64,000 nt of DNA from Alphaproteobacteria bacterium (GTDB taxonomy: Bacteria; Pseudomonadota; Alphaproteobacteria; UBA6615). Where the stretch lies: NCBI GenBank assembly GCA_965261975.1, contig CBDHEC010000057.1, positions 153,101 to 217,100 of the forward strand, read 5' to 3'. The first letter of the stretch is position 1, and every line of letters begins with the position of its first letter. Below are positions 1 through 9,209 of this stretch, in pieces. The notes under the pieces are model-generated. The model worked only from the letters and a program-made list of their open reading frames with translations. It was not told where the DNA came from and ran no database searches. The translations under genes were made by a program, and so were the position numbers.

Positions 1-887
1 AACCCGTCGATGTTGCCGCGCGGATGCAGCCCCTGCCCGCCCCAGTTGCCGGCCGACAGCACCGGCACATCGACCTTCGACCAGTCCGCCGATCGGCCGC
101 GGTACCATTCATCGTCGAGCGTGCGGGTGCGCAGCTCATGCGGCAGGTCCGTTCGGTTCTTCTTGAGGGTGGCCCGAGTGAATGTTTCGGGCCCACATAC
201 CAGGTCGCCATGCACGGCAGAGCGCGGCCCGTTCTTGCCCAGCCCGTACTGCACGGATTCGACCTGCTTGTCGTACCAGTTGGTCACGAAGGTCGACAGG
301 ATGCCGCCGTGATAGTTGGAATCCCGGTAGTAATCCCCGGCCCCCTCCCACACGCACAGCGCGGTCAGGTGTTTCGGCTTGAGCGCCGCCACATGCCACT
401 GGTTGATGGCGTAGTATGAAATGCCGTTGAGCCCGACCTTGCCGTTCGACCAGGGCTGCACCCCGGCCCAGTCGATGCAGGCCGCAAAGTCGCGGGTCTC
501 GCGCGGGGAGCGCACATCGACGACGCCCGGAGAACGCCCCGAACCGCGGGAATCGACCCGAATGACCACGTAGCCATCCGGCACCCATTTCTCGGGGTCC
601 ACGACCTCCCAATTGGCGTATTTGTTGGTCGTCCCCTGGGCCACCTCGGGAAAGGTCTCGACCATGATGTTCCAGGCGGTCTCGTATCCCTCCTGAAATG
701 AGAGCCCCTTGGCGTAGGGCCCGTGGCTCATGATCACCGGGAAACGGCCACGCTTGTTCGGCCGAAAGATATCCGCCCGCAGGACGTTGCCGTCGTCCAT
801 TTCGATCGGCACATCCCAGTCGATACGCATGCCGTCCCGCACCTGGGTTCGGAACTGCGGATCGCCGGGGTAGGGATTCTTCGCCAC
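1..887 (-). CDS. CocE/NonD family hydrolase (peptidase S15-like), copy 1; 3' part runs off the window
   Basis: Not in the ORF track because it is open at the edge. Manual translation from GTG at 887 gives MAKNPYPGDPQFRTQVRDGMRIDWDVPIEMDDG...DSRGSGRSPG...WSNGKVGLNGISYYA...NWGGQGLHPRGN, collinear with the three complete paralogs. Confidence 0.9.
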   Translation of the reverse strand, partial: MAKNPYPGDPQFRTQVRDGMRIDWDVPIEMDDGNVLRADIFRPNKRGRFPVIMSHGPYAKGLSFQEGYETAWNIMVETFPEVAQGTTNKYANWEVVDPEKWVPDGYVVIRVDSRGSGRSPGVVDVRSPRETRDFAACIDWAGVQPWSNGKVGLNGISYYAINQWHVAALKPKHLTALCVWEGAGDYYRDSNYHGGILSTFVTNWYDKQVESVQYGLGKNGPRSAVHGDLVCGPETFTRATLKKNRTDLPHELRTRTLDDEWYRGRSADWSKVDVPVLSAGNWGGQGLHPRGNIDG

Positions 888-895
888 GTCCGCGC

Positions 896-2665
896 CTATT
901 TGGCCGGGATAATCGGTAGCAACAGGTAGCCGGCGTGATCGCCACCCAGATGTACGGTCACATTATTGTCGAACACTTCGGGCGGACGGTCGGTCGGATC
1001 GTCATGCAGGAAAGGCCCGACCCCGGTGAACGTGTTCTTCATGTTCGACAGGCCGGCGTTCGGCTCGCCGGGATAGACATAGTCACAACCCCGGATCGAC
1101 AGCGCGAACCGATACCCTTTCGGCACCACGATGCCCGACCCGTGGATCTCGATGTCGAGCTCGTAGATCTCGCCCGGCGTGAGTTCCTGCACCTCGTCAT
1201 GGGTGTGATACGGCGCCCACTCCTTCGTGCGCTTTGGATCGAGCTTGCGATGTGACGCACGCAGCCAGCCCGAGGCGACCGGCGTGTGCGGATCGAGCGC
1301 ACCGCGGAACGTGACCTCCTTCATGTCCGGCTGGAACACCCGCAAGACCACAAACATGTCCGCATCCTTCGTGTCGGACGACACGTTGAGCTTCACGGCC
1401 ATGGGCCCACAAATCTCAGTCTCCTCGGCCACAGGGTTCGACAGGAAGGTAAGCCCGTCACCCATCGCACCATAGGTGATCGCGGCGTTCTCGCTGGCCG
1501 GGGCATCCGACAGGATCTGGCCCGCAGGCTCGAAATGGAACTTGGTCCAATCGGTGCGTGGCAACGGCCAGTCTTCCTCGGCGCGCGGCACGAAGACCTC
1601 GCCCGGATGGCGTACATTCAGCAGGACGCGCGGTTGGTCCTTCCAGCCGGAATCGTCACCTTTCAGGAAACAATCGAAGAAGCGCCACTGAAGGTCGTTG
1701 CCATAGTCGGTGTAGTAGAGCGACCAGTGTTCCAGGCCGTGCACCTCGAGCCACTTCTCCTTCGAACCCGAAAGCATGTAACCGTCGAAGTTGCCGCGCG
1801 GATGCAGCGGCGCGCCGCCCCAGTTGGCGCAGCTCAGGATCGGCACCTCGATCTTCGAATAGTCGACCTCGCGTTCCTCGAAAAACTCATCGTAGAGGGG
1901 ATGGGCGCGCATGGACTGATGCAGATCGAACCGGTTGGCGCCCAGTTCGTTGTCCGACAGTGTCTCCGGCCCGGCAGACCACTCGCCGTTCGCGCGCGAC
2001 CGGTAGCCGCGATCGCCATAGCCGTGCTGCAGCTGCATGATCTGCATGTCGTACCAGTTCTTGGCGAAGGTCGAGTAGATACCGCCGTGATAGCTGCCTT
2101 CGCGGTAATAGTCGGTCGAGCCTTCCCAGGGGCAGATCGCGGCCAGATGCGGTGGCTGCAGGGCTGCCACCTGCCACTGGTTGATCGCGTAGTAGGAGAT
2201 ACCGCTCAGGCCGACCTTGCCGTTCGACCAGGGCTGGACGCCGCCCCATTCGATGCAGTCGTAGAAGTCCTTGGTCTCGCGCCGGTTGAAATGCTCGAGA
2301 TAGCCTGGTGAACGGCCTGCACCCCGTGAATCCACCCGCACCAGCGCATAGCCGCGCGGCACCCATTTCTCCGGGTCGGCCACTTCCCAGGCCTGGTGAA
2401 TATTCGTCGAACCCCGGGGTACGTCGGGATGGTTCTCGCACATGAGATCCCAGCAGGTCTTATAGATTTCCTCGAAGTGGAGATCCTTGCCATAGGGACC
2501 GTGGGACATAATGACCGGGTACTGGCCGTCATCATCGGGCCGATACACATTCGCACGCAGCACGAGCCCGTCATCCATCTCGATGGGGACGTCCCAGTCG
2601 ACGCGCATGCCTTCACGGACCTCGCTCTTGAACAACGGATCGCCCTTGTACGTAACGTCGTCCAT
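896..2665 (-). CDS. CocE/NonD family hydrolase, copy 2 (589 aa)
   Basis: DSRGAGRSPG, WSNGKVGLSGISYYA nucleophile elbow, C-terminal jelly-roll region (GWLRASHR...LLPIIP); GGGGAGG RBS upstream. Confidence 0.92.
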   Translation of the reverse strand: MDDVTYKGDPLFKSEVREGMRVDWDVPIEMDDGLVLRANVYRPDDDGQYPVIMSHGPYGKDLHFEEIYKTCWDLMCENHPDVPRGSTNIHQAWEVADPEKWVPRGYALVRVDSRGAGRSPGYLEHFNRRETKDFYDCIEWGGVQPWSNGKVGLSGISYYAINQWQVAALQPPHLAAICPWEGSTDYYREGSYHGGIYSTFAKNWYDMQIMQLQHGYGDRGYRSRANGEWSAGPETLSDNELGANRFDLHQSMRAHPLYDEFFEEREVDYSKIEVPILSCANWGGAPLHPRGNFDGYMLSGSKEKWLEVHGLEHWSLYYTDYGNDLQWRFFDCFLKGDDSGWKDQPRVLLNVRHPGEVFVPRAEEDWPLPRTDWTKFHFEPAGQILSDAPASENAAITYGAMGDGLTFLSNPVAEETEICGPMAVKLNVSSDTKDADMFVVLRVFQPDMKEVTFRGALDPHTPVASGWLRASHRKLDPKRTKEWAPYHTHDEVQELTPGEIYELDIEIHGSGIVVPKGYRFALSIRGCDYVYPGEPNAGLSNMKNTFTGVGPFLHDDPTDRPPEVFDNNVTVHLGGDHAGYLLLPIIPAK

Positions 2666-2676
2666 GGAAACCTCCC

Positions 2677-4446
2677 CTACTTCGCCGGAATGATCGGCAG
2701 CAGCACATAACCGGCATTGTCACCGCCCAGATGCACGGTGACGTTGTTGTCGAAGACCGCCGCCGGGCGGTTGTCCGGGTCGTCATGCAGGAACGGCCCC
2801 ACGCCGGTGAAGGTGTTCTTCATGTTCGACAAACCCGCATCCGTCTCCCCGGGGAAGACATAGTCGCACCCCTTGATCGACAGGGCGAACCGATATCCCT
2901 CCGGCACGACGATACCCGATGCGTGAATCTCCACGTCCACCTCATAGATCTCGCCCGGGTTGAGTTCCTGCACCTCGTCATTCGCATGAAACGGCGCCGC
3001 CTCGGTCGAGCGCGCAGGGTCGAGCTTACGATGAGACGCGCGCAGCCAGCCCGACGCGACGGGTGTGTGCGGATCAAGCGCACCGCGGAAGGTGACCTCC
3101 TTCATGTCCGACTGGAACACACGCAGGATGACGAACAGGTCCGCGTCCTTGGTATCCGAGGAAATATTGAGCTTCACGGCCATGGGGCCGCAGATCTCCA
3201 GGTCTTCCGCCATCGGATTCGACAGGAAGGTCAGGCCGTCACCCATCGCCGCATAGGTAATCTCGGCGGCCTCGCTGGCCGGGGACTCCGACAATATCTG
3301 GCCGGTCGACTCCAGGTGATACATGGTGTACTCGGTCCGCGGCAGCGGCCAGTCCTCCTCGGCGCGCAGCACGAATTTCTCGCCGGGATGGCGCACGTTG
3401 AGCGACACACGCGGCTGGTCCTTCCAGCCGGAATCATCGCCCTTCAGATAGCAGTCAAAGAAGCGCCACTGCAGATCGTTGCCGTAGTCCGTGTAGTAGA
3501 GGGACCAGTGTTCCAGCCCATGGACCTCGAGATACTTCTCTTTCGAGCCGGAATGCATGAAGCCATTGAAGTTGCCACGCGGATGCAGCGGCGCGCCGCC
3601 CCAGTTGGCGCAACTCAGCACCGGCACCTCGATCTTCGATAGATCAGGTGTCATCGCCGCGTAATAGTCGTCATCGAGGGGATGCGAAATATAGGACTGG
3701 TAGAGATCGTATCGGTTGGCCGCGCGCTCCTCGTCTGAATGGGTTTCCGGGCCCGCAGCAAGCTCGCCGTTGGCGCGTGACGCCCAGCCACGATCGCCAT
3801 AACCATGCTGAATCTTCAGAATTTGCATGTCGTACCAGTGCCGCGCGAAGGAATCGTAGATACCGTTCTGGTAGGCGAGCTCCCGATAAAAATCGTTGAA
3901 GCCTTCCCAGGGGCAAATCGCCGCCAGGTGCTTGGGCTGCAGGGCTGCGACCTGCCACTGGTTGACCGCATAATAGGAGATACCGCTCAGGCCGACCTTG
4001 CCGTTGGACCAGGGCTGGACACCGGCCCAATCGATGCAGATGGCGAAATCCTGCGTCTCGCGCGGGCTCCAATGTTCGAGATAACCCGGCGAACGCCCGG
4101 CGCCGCGGGAATCCACGCGGATAACCACATAGCCTTTCGGTACCCATTTCTCCGGATCGCAGACCTCCCAGCTCTGATGGATGTTCGTCGAACCCCGCGG
4201 CACGTCCGGGTGGTTCTCACACATCAGATCCCAGCAGGTCTTGTAGATCTCCTCGAAGTGGAGATCCTTGCCGTAGGGACCGTGGGACATGACGACCGGA
4301 TACTGGCCGTCGTCGTCGGGCCGATACACATTGGCGCGCAGCACAACGCCGTCGTCCATCTCGATGGGCACGTCCCAGTCGACGCGCATGCCCTCGCGAA
4401 CCTCGGTCTTGAAGATCGGATCGTCCGGATACCTGATATCGTCCAT
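2677..4446 (-). CDS. CocE/NonD family hydrolase, copy 3 (589 aa)
   Basis: Start placed at ATG 4446 (MDDIRYPDDP) by alignment with copy 2 and a GGGGGAG RBS; same motifs as copy 2. Confidence 0.92.
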   Translation of the reverse strand: MDDIRYPDDPIFKTEVREGMRVDWDVPIEMDDGVVLRANVYRPDDDGQYPVVMSHGPYGKDLHFEEIYKTCWDLMCENHPDVPRGSTNIHQSWEVCDPEKWVPKGYVVIRVDSRGAGRSPGYLEHWSPRETQDFAICIDWAGVQPWSNGKVGLSGISYYAVNQWQVAALQPKHLAAICPWEGFNDFYRELAYQNGIYDSFARHWYDMQILKIQHGYGDRGWASRANGELAAGPETHSDEERAANRYDLYQSYISHPLDDDYYAAMTPDLSKIEVPVLSCANWGGAPLHPRGNFNGFMHSGSKEKYLEVHGLEHWSLYYTDYGNDLQWRFFDCYLKGDDSGWKDQPRVSLNVRHPGEKFVLRAEEDWPLPRTEYTMYHLESTGQILSESPASEAAEITYAAMGDGLTFLSNPMAEDLEICGPMAVKLNISSDTKDADLFVILRVFQSDMKEVTFRGALDPHTPVASGWLRASHRKLDPARSTEAAPFHANDEVQELNPGEIYEVDVEIHASGIVVPEGYRFALSIKGCDYVFPGETDAGLSNMKNTFTGVGPFLHDDPDNRPAAVFDNNVTVHLGGDNAGYVLLPIIPAK

Positions 4447-4525
4447 TGTCTTACTCCCCCATGCGGGGACCTTTCTGCGAGGCCCTCCACCAGCGTTTTC
4501 GTTGACACGCCCTTCGGAAACATTT

Positions 4526-4553
4526 CGGGCGGTCCGTATCTCCGGACCGCCCG
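4526..4553 (-). other. 11-bp GC-rich stem-loop between CocE copies 4 and 3 (weak terminator or mRNA stabiliser)
   Basis: cgggcggtccg-tatctc-cggaccgcccg, 14 nt after the copy 4 stop; no strong U-tract. Confidence 0.5.
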
Positions 4554-4567
4554 CTCGCACTTGTGGC

Positions 4568-6358
4568 TTACTTCCTGCCGCCCCGCTTCGCCGGGATGAT
4601 CGGCAGCATTACATGGGCCTGTTCCTTCGGCCCGGTGTGCAATGTCACATCACCGCCAAAAATCTCAGCCGGCCGGTCGCGCGGATCGTCATGGCGGAAG
4701 ATCGCAACGCCCGTCCAGTTGGCGTATTCGCCAAGCTGGGTGTTCGAGTCCCCGGGATACTCGTAATCCTTGCCCCGCACGGACAGCGCGATGCGATACC
4801 CCTTCGGCACCACAATGCAGGTCGGCCAGACCTCGACGTCGAGCTCGTAGGATTTGCCCGGCTTGAGGGGCTGCTCTTCGTCATGGGTGTGATACGGGCG
4901 ATACGGCAGGCTCTTCTTCTCGTCGAGCTTGCGGTGCGACGCCCGCAGCCAGCCTTGCGCGATCGGCGTGTGCGGATCGAGCGCGCCCTGGAACGTCACT
5001 TCCTTCATGTCCGGACCGAACACGCGGAAGACCAGGAACATGTCGGCATCGCTCGTCGAGGACGAGACGAAGAGCTTCGAGGCGATCGGCCCCGTAATCT
5101 CCATATCCTCTTCCAGCGGGTCGGACATGAAGGTCACGCCGTCGGAGAAGCCCGCATAGGTCACCTCGCCCTTCTTCTTCTGGGGCGTGGTCGAGAGGCT
5201 CATATTCGACGGATCGATATAGAAGTTGGTCCACTTGGTTCGCTTGAGCGGCCATTCATTCTCGTGACGCTCGACGAACACCTCGCCCGGGTGACGCACC
5301 TGCAGCTGGACCTTGGGCTGCTTGTTCCATCCGTTCTTCTCACCCTTCAGGTAATAGCCGAAGAAGCGCTTCTGCAGGTCCATACCGTAGTCGGTGTAGA
5401 AGTGGGTCCAGTGCTCGATCCCGTGCACCTCGAGCCACTTCTCCTTGGACTTCGATTGCGTGAAGCCCTCGAAGTTGCCGCGCGGATGCAGGCCCTGGCC
5501 GCCCCAGTTCGCGGTCGACAGCATCGGCACCTTGACCTTGTTCCAGTCGGGCATACGCGACTGCCAGTATTCGTCGGTGTCGAGCTTCCGCGCGAGACAA
5601 TCCTCGTAGAAATTGTTCCGGTTCGCGCCGAGCTCTTCCTCGGTCAGCGTGTCCGGACCGGCAACCCATTCGGCGTTCATGCGCGAACGCGGGCCGTTCG
5701 AGCCCTTGCCGTGCTGGACCGAGTAAACCTGCGCCTCGGACCAGTCCTTGACGAAGCCGTTACACATGATGCCGCCGTGATGGGCCATGTCGCGGTAGAA
5801 GTCGGCCGCGCCCTCCCACGGGCAGATCGCCGCAAGATGCTTTGGCTGCAATGCCGCCGCCTGCCACTGGTTCTCGGCATAGTAGGAGATGCCGTTCAGG
5901 CCAACCTTGCCGTTCGACCAGGACTGAACACCGGCCCAGTCGATACAGATCGCCAGATCCTGCGCCTCGCGCAACGACCAGATGTCGATGACGCCCGGTG
6001 AGCGCCCGGTGCCGCGCCCGTCGACGCGGATACACACATAGTTATCGGGCACCCAACGTTCCGGATCGACGACCTCCCAGTTCTGGTACTTCTCGCTGGT
6101 ACCGGCGCCGATCTCGGGGAAATCCTCGAGCATGCGCTCATACTGATCGTGATAGGCATCGTCGAAGTGGAGGAGCTTGCCGTACGGCCCGTAGGTCATG
6201 ATGACGCCATACTTGCCGTTCTTGATCGGTCGATAGACGTCGCATCGCAGGACAACGCCGTCATCCATCTCTATGGGCACATCCCAGTCAATCCGCATGC
6301 CATCGCGCACATCGGTCCGTGACTGATCATCCATGTAGGGTGTTTTCTTCTTCGCCAT
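4568..6358 (-). CDS. CocE/NonD family hydrolase, copy 4 (596 aa), first gene of the array
   Basis: DGRGTGRSPG, WSNGKVGLNGISYYA, NWGGQGLHPRGN, GWLRASHR; GGGAGAG RBS. Confidence 0.92.
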   Translation of the reverse strand: MAKKKTPYMDDQSRTDVRDGMRIDWDVPIEMDDGVVLRCDVYRPIKNGKYGVIMTYGPYGKLLHFDDAYHDQYERMLEDFPEIGAGTSEKYQNWEVVDPERWVPDNYVCIRVDGRGTGRSPGVIDIWSLREAQDLAICIDWAGVQSWSNGKVGLNGISYYAENQWQAAALQPKHLAAICPWEGAADFYRDMAHHGGIMCNGFVKDWSEAQVYSVQHGKGSNGPRSRMNAEWVAGPDTLTEEELGANRNNFYEDCLARKLDTDEYWQSRMPDWNKVKVPMLSTANWGGQGLHPRGNFEGFTQSKSKEKWLEVHGIEHWTHFYTDYGMDLQKRFFGYYLKGEKNGWNKQPKVQLQVRHPGEVFVERHENEWPLKRTKWTNFYIDPSNMSLSTTPQKKKGEVTYAGFSDGVTFMSDPLEEDMEITGPIASKLFVSSSTSDADMFLVFRVFGPDMKEVTFQGALDPHTPIAQGWLRASHRKLDEKKSLPYRPYHTHDEEQPLKPGKSYELDVEVWPTCIVVPKGYRIALSVRGKDYEYPGDSNTQLGEYANWTGVAIFRHDDPRDRPAEIFGGDVTLHTGPKEQAHVMLPIIPAKRGGRK

Positions 6359-6506
6359 CGACGCTCTCCCAAATACAAAAATTATGCACCCGAAGGCGTT
6401 GCACCCGCCGGGCCCGGTTATTGTTGGTTATAGAATAGTGGAATTAGGTCTTTTAGTGAAAGGGGCCGTTTCCACTGAATAGGTGCCCTGCGTTGAACGC
6501 AGAGGC

Positions 6507-7070
6507 TTACTCTGCGGCGATATAGAACACCGCCCAAGGCCAGCGGGCCTCATCCTCGGCGCTTCCTTTGCCGCCCGCGACATCGTAGACGATCCAGACC
6601 GGCCCGCGACCGCCGATCCCGAGATAGGCGCCGTCACCCTTGGTCGCGACGATCCACTTACGCTCGGCCAGATCGGCCGCCGTGATTTCGACCGCGAAGC
6701 CGTCGAGGGCGACCGCGGTGACCTTCGATCCGGTCCAGCCTGCCGCCATGAGCACATCGATCAACAGGGGCCCTTCAAGGGTGATCGCGCGCGGCCATGG
6801 CTCGGCCTTGATCGTCGTCTTAACGGTGCCGAGGGCCTCCAACATGGCGACGTCAAACGCGGCGGCACGGGTGTAGTCGTATTCCAATACCTTCAAGGTC
6901 GAGGCGCTGAAATGATCGGGCGCTGCCAGGTTCGGGTAGTCGACCGCGCCGCCGATTGTCAGGACGATGGTGCCTGTCGGTTTCGCCAGTTCCGCTCCCG
7001 CGCCGCCAACGGCGAAGGCCGCCAGCCCACCGGCCAGGAATATCGTTCTCCAAAACTTCAGAATCTTCAT
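6507..7070 (-). CDS. Exported protein with oxidoreductase molybdopterin-binding-like domain
   Basis: Signal peptide (MKILKFWRTIFLAGGLAAFAVGGAGA); motifs EGPLLxDV, ALDGF, GGRGPVWIVY and WPWAVFYI typical of this small periplasmic family. Confidence 0.65.
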   Translation of the reverse strand: MKILKFWRTIFLAGGLAAFAVGGAGAELAKPTGTIVLTIGGAVDYPNLAAPDHFSASTLKVLEYDYTRAAAFDVAMLEALGTVKTTIKAEPWPRAITLEGPLLIDVLMAAGWTGSKVTAVALDGFAVEITAADLAERKWIVATKGDGAYLGIGGRGPVWIVYDVAGGKGSAEDEARWPWAVFYIAAE

Positions 7071-7090
7071 CGGCGCGTCTTTCGGGTGGC

Positions 7091-7894
7091 TCACAGGCGG
7101 TTATCCGGATCGACGGTATAGCCTAGCGCATTCATCCAGAGAAGGCTCGACCAGGTGTCCATTGAGGGATCGAGCTCCATCCCGATGGCCTCTTTATATC
7201 CCTTGTCGATCGCGCGTTGCGCCAGCCACAGTAGATCGAGCTCGCCCACACCGGGCTCGTGGCGGTCCGGCGGGTTGCCGATCTGGACATAACCGATCAG
7301 CGGCCAATACTCGTCCATGATGTCCGTCAGGGTGCCGGTTTCTTCGTAGCGCATGTGATAGGTGTCGTAGACGAGGCCGACATTATCTCGGTCGACCGCT
7401 TCCACAATGTCGCTCGCCTGGGCCATGGTCTGCATTGCCCAGTCGGGAATGCGCTGCGCGGTGACCGGTTCCAGCAGAAATTTGCAGCGATGGTCGCCCG
7501 ACGCGGCGGCAATGTAGTCGAGGTTCTCGATATAGGTCTCGACGCAGCGCTCGCGCGATTCCCCGGGCGGCACCGGGCCGGCACCCACATTGATCGAGTA
7601 GAAATCGCAATGCTGGATGTATTCGAGCGCCAGATCGGCGGCCCGTCGGAATTCATCCTGCCGACCGGGCTGGGCACCCAACCCACGCACCCCGGCATCC
7701 CAGTCGACAGGGACCACGCAGTACATGAATTCCAGACCGTTATCGTCGAGCAACGCCTTGAGTTCATCCTTGGGCAACTGATGCGGAAAATGCCACTCGA
7801 TGGCAGTGCAGCCGATCTTGGCCGCAGCGGCGAACCGCTCGCGGATCGGAAGCTCGAGAAACAGATGATAGAAATTGGGCGCAAAGCGGATCAT
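7091..7894 (-). CDS. Hydroxypyruvate isomerase (Hyi) family TIM-barrel protein
   Basis: MIRFAPN..LF.E.P..ERF.AAA..G..AIE, LLEP, YDTYH, IGYVQIGN.P.RHEPG.GEL, GME. Confidence 0.8.
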   Translation of the reverse strand: MIRFAPNFYHLFLELPIRERFAAAAKIGCTAIEWHFPHQLPKDELKALLDDNGLEFMYCVVPVDWDAGVRGLGAQPGRQDEFRRAADLALEYIQHCDFYSINVGAGPVPPGESRERCVETYIENLDYIAAASGDHRCKFLLEPVTAQRIPDWAMQTMAQASDIVEAVDRDNVGLVYDTYHMRYEETGTLTDIMDEYWPLIGYVQIGNPPDRHEPGVGELDLLWLAQRAIDKGYKEAIGMELDPSMDTWSSLLWMNALGYTVDPDNRL

Positions 7895-8048
7895 GGTGCC
7901 GGTAATCCTAGGCTGTGTGCTGGGTAGGTAGAAAGCCCCGCGAAAGCCTACCACTGTACCGCTGCAACAATAGTCGACCTTGCGAACTGCCGAAAAGCAA
8001 CGCAGAAACACCAGCAGCACTGATCACTCGTCCCGAAGGACCTACAAC

Positions 8049-8486
8049 ATGAAATATCTCACCAGCTATCTGGCCGCCGCCGTCGCGATGGTCTGGTTCA
8101 TGTCTACACCGGCCGTTGCCGACGATATGACCGACACCGCCCGCACCCAGATCGGCGCCTTCGTGGAAGCCGTGATCGCGGGTCCGGATGCGGTCGCACC
8201 CCTGTTGGCGCCCGAGTACCAGATCAAGCGCTCCAACGGTGTGGGTTACGACCGTGCCGGCTATATCGGCCGTGGCGCAGCATCGGTGAACGCACGACCG
8301 CGCTATGGGCTGAGCGACATCGTCGCCACCGCCGACGGCGACGTGCTGGTGGCACGTTACTTCCTGGAGATCGAGGAAACGATCGACGGCAAGCCGGTCA
8401 CCCGGCGCGCACCCCGTTTGACGGTGTTTCGCATGATCGACGGCGCCTGGAAGGTGTCTGCACACGCCCAACTTCGCACGCACTGA
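8049..8486 (+). CDS. Exported NTF2-like (DUF4440) protein
   Basis: Signal peptide; LLAPEYQI.RSNG and RLTVF...DG.WKV.AHA fit the NTF2-like fold. Confidence 0.65.
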   Translation: MKYLTSYLAAAVAMVWFMSTPAVADDMTDTARTQIGAFVEAVIAGPDAVAPLLAPEYQIKRSNGVGYDRAGYIGRGAASVNARPRYGLSDIVATADGDVLVARYFLEIEETIDGKPVTRRAPRLTVFRMIDGAWKVSAHAQLRTH

Positions 8487-8513
8487 ATAACAACACCCAC
8501 CCGGACACGACCC

Positions 8514-9113
8514 ATGACAACCACACCGGAAACCCTGTGCGCCCGCCTGCTCGATGTGATCGAGAATGACGTTGTGCCCCTCACACGCGACGGTGTTGCC
8601 GCCGGCAACAAGGTCTTTGGCGCTGCCATACTGCGCAAATCCGACCTCTCGCTGGTGATGGCCGGCACCAATAACGAGGTCGAGAACCCGCTCAACCACG
8701 GCGAAATATCGACCCTGAACGCGTTCTACGCCCTGCCGGCAGACCAGCGACCGGCGACCGGCGACTGTGTCTTCGTGTCGACCCACGAACCCTGTTCCCT
8801 CTGCCTGTCGGCCATTACCTGGGCCGGGTTCGACAATTTCTATTATTTCTTCGGCTACGAAGACACGCGCGACGCCTTCAACATTCCCCATGATCTCAAG
8901 ATCCTGCAGGAAGTCTTCAAGGTCGAGGACGGTGACTATGCCCGCAGCAACGCCTTCTGGACGGCGCAAGACCTGATTGCGCTCTCGAACAGCCTCGACG
9001 ATGACGGCCGCACCGCACGAAGCGAGCAGATCGATCGCATTCGCACCGCCTACGACGCGCTCTCTGAGACCTACCAGGCCTCGAAGTCGGACAACGACAT
9101 TCCGTTGAGCTAG
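8514..9113 (+). CDS. Zinc-dependent nucleoside/nucleobase deaminase (CDA/guanine deaminase-like)
   Basis: GNKVFGAAIL, HGE and EPCSLC zinc-binding motifs. Confidence 0.85.
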   Translation: MTTTPETLCARLLDVIENDVVPLTRDGVAAGNKVFGAAILRKSDLSLVMAGTNNEVENPLNHGEISTLNAFYALPADQRPATGDCVFVSTHEPCSLCLSAITWAGFDNFYYFFGYEDTRDAFNIPHDLKILQEVFKVEDGDYARSNAFWTAQDLIALSNSLDDDGRTARSEQIDRIRTAYDALSETYQASKSDNDIPLS

Positions 9114-9209
9114 GCTCGCCGTCAAAAGCCTTGTTCTGTGCGGTGCCTGTCGGGCTTGCGAAGCCGGTGCTATGACCGAGCAAATTCGCACGCATGAAGG
9201 GGCACGACG

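Noticed and set aside
4289-6001. Long antisense ORFs (e.g. 4289-6001 +, 13266-15425 +, 17855-19681 +, 57030-58571 -, 58100-59689 -)
   Set aside because: They are shadow frames opposite well-supported genes, expected in high-GC DNA, and have no recognisable motifs.
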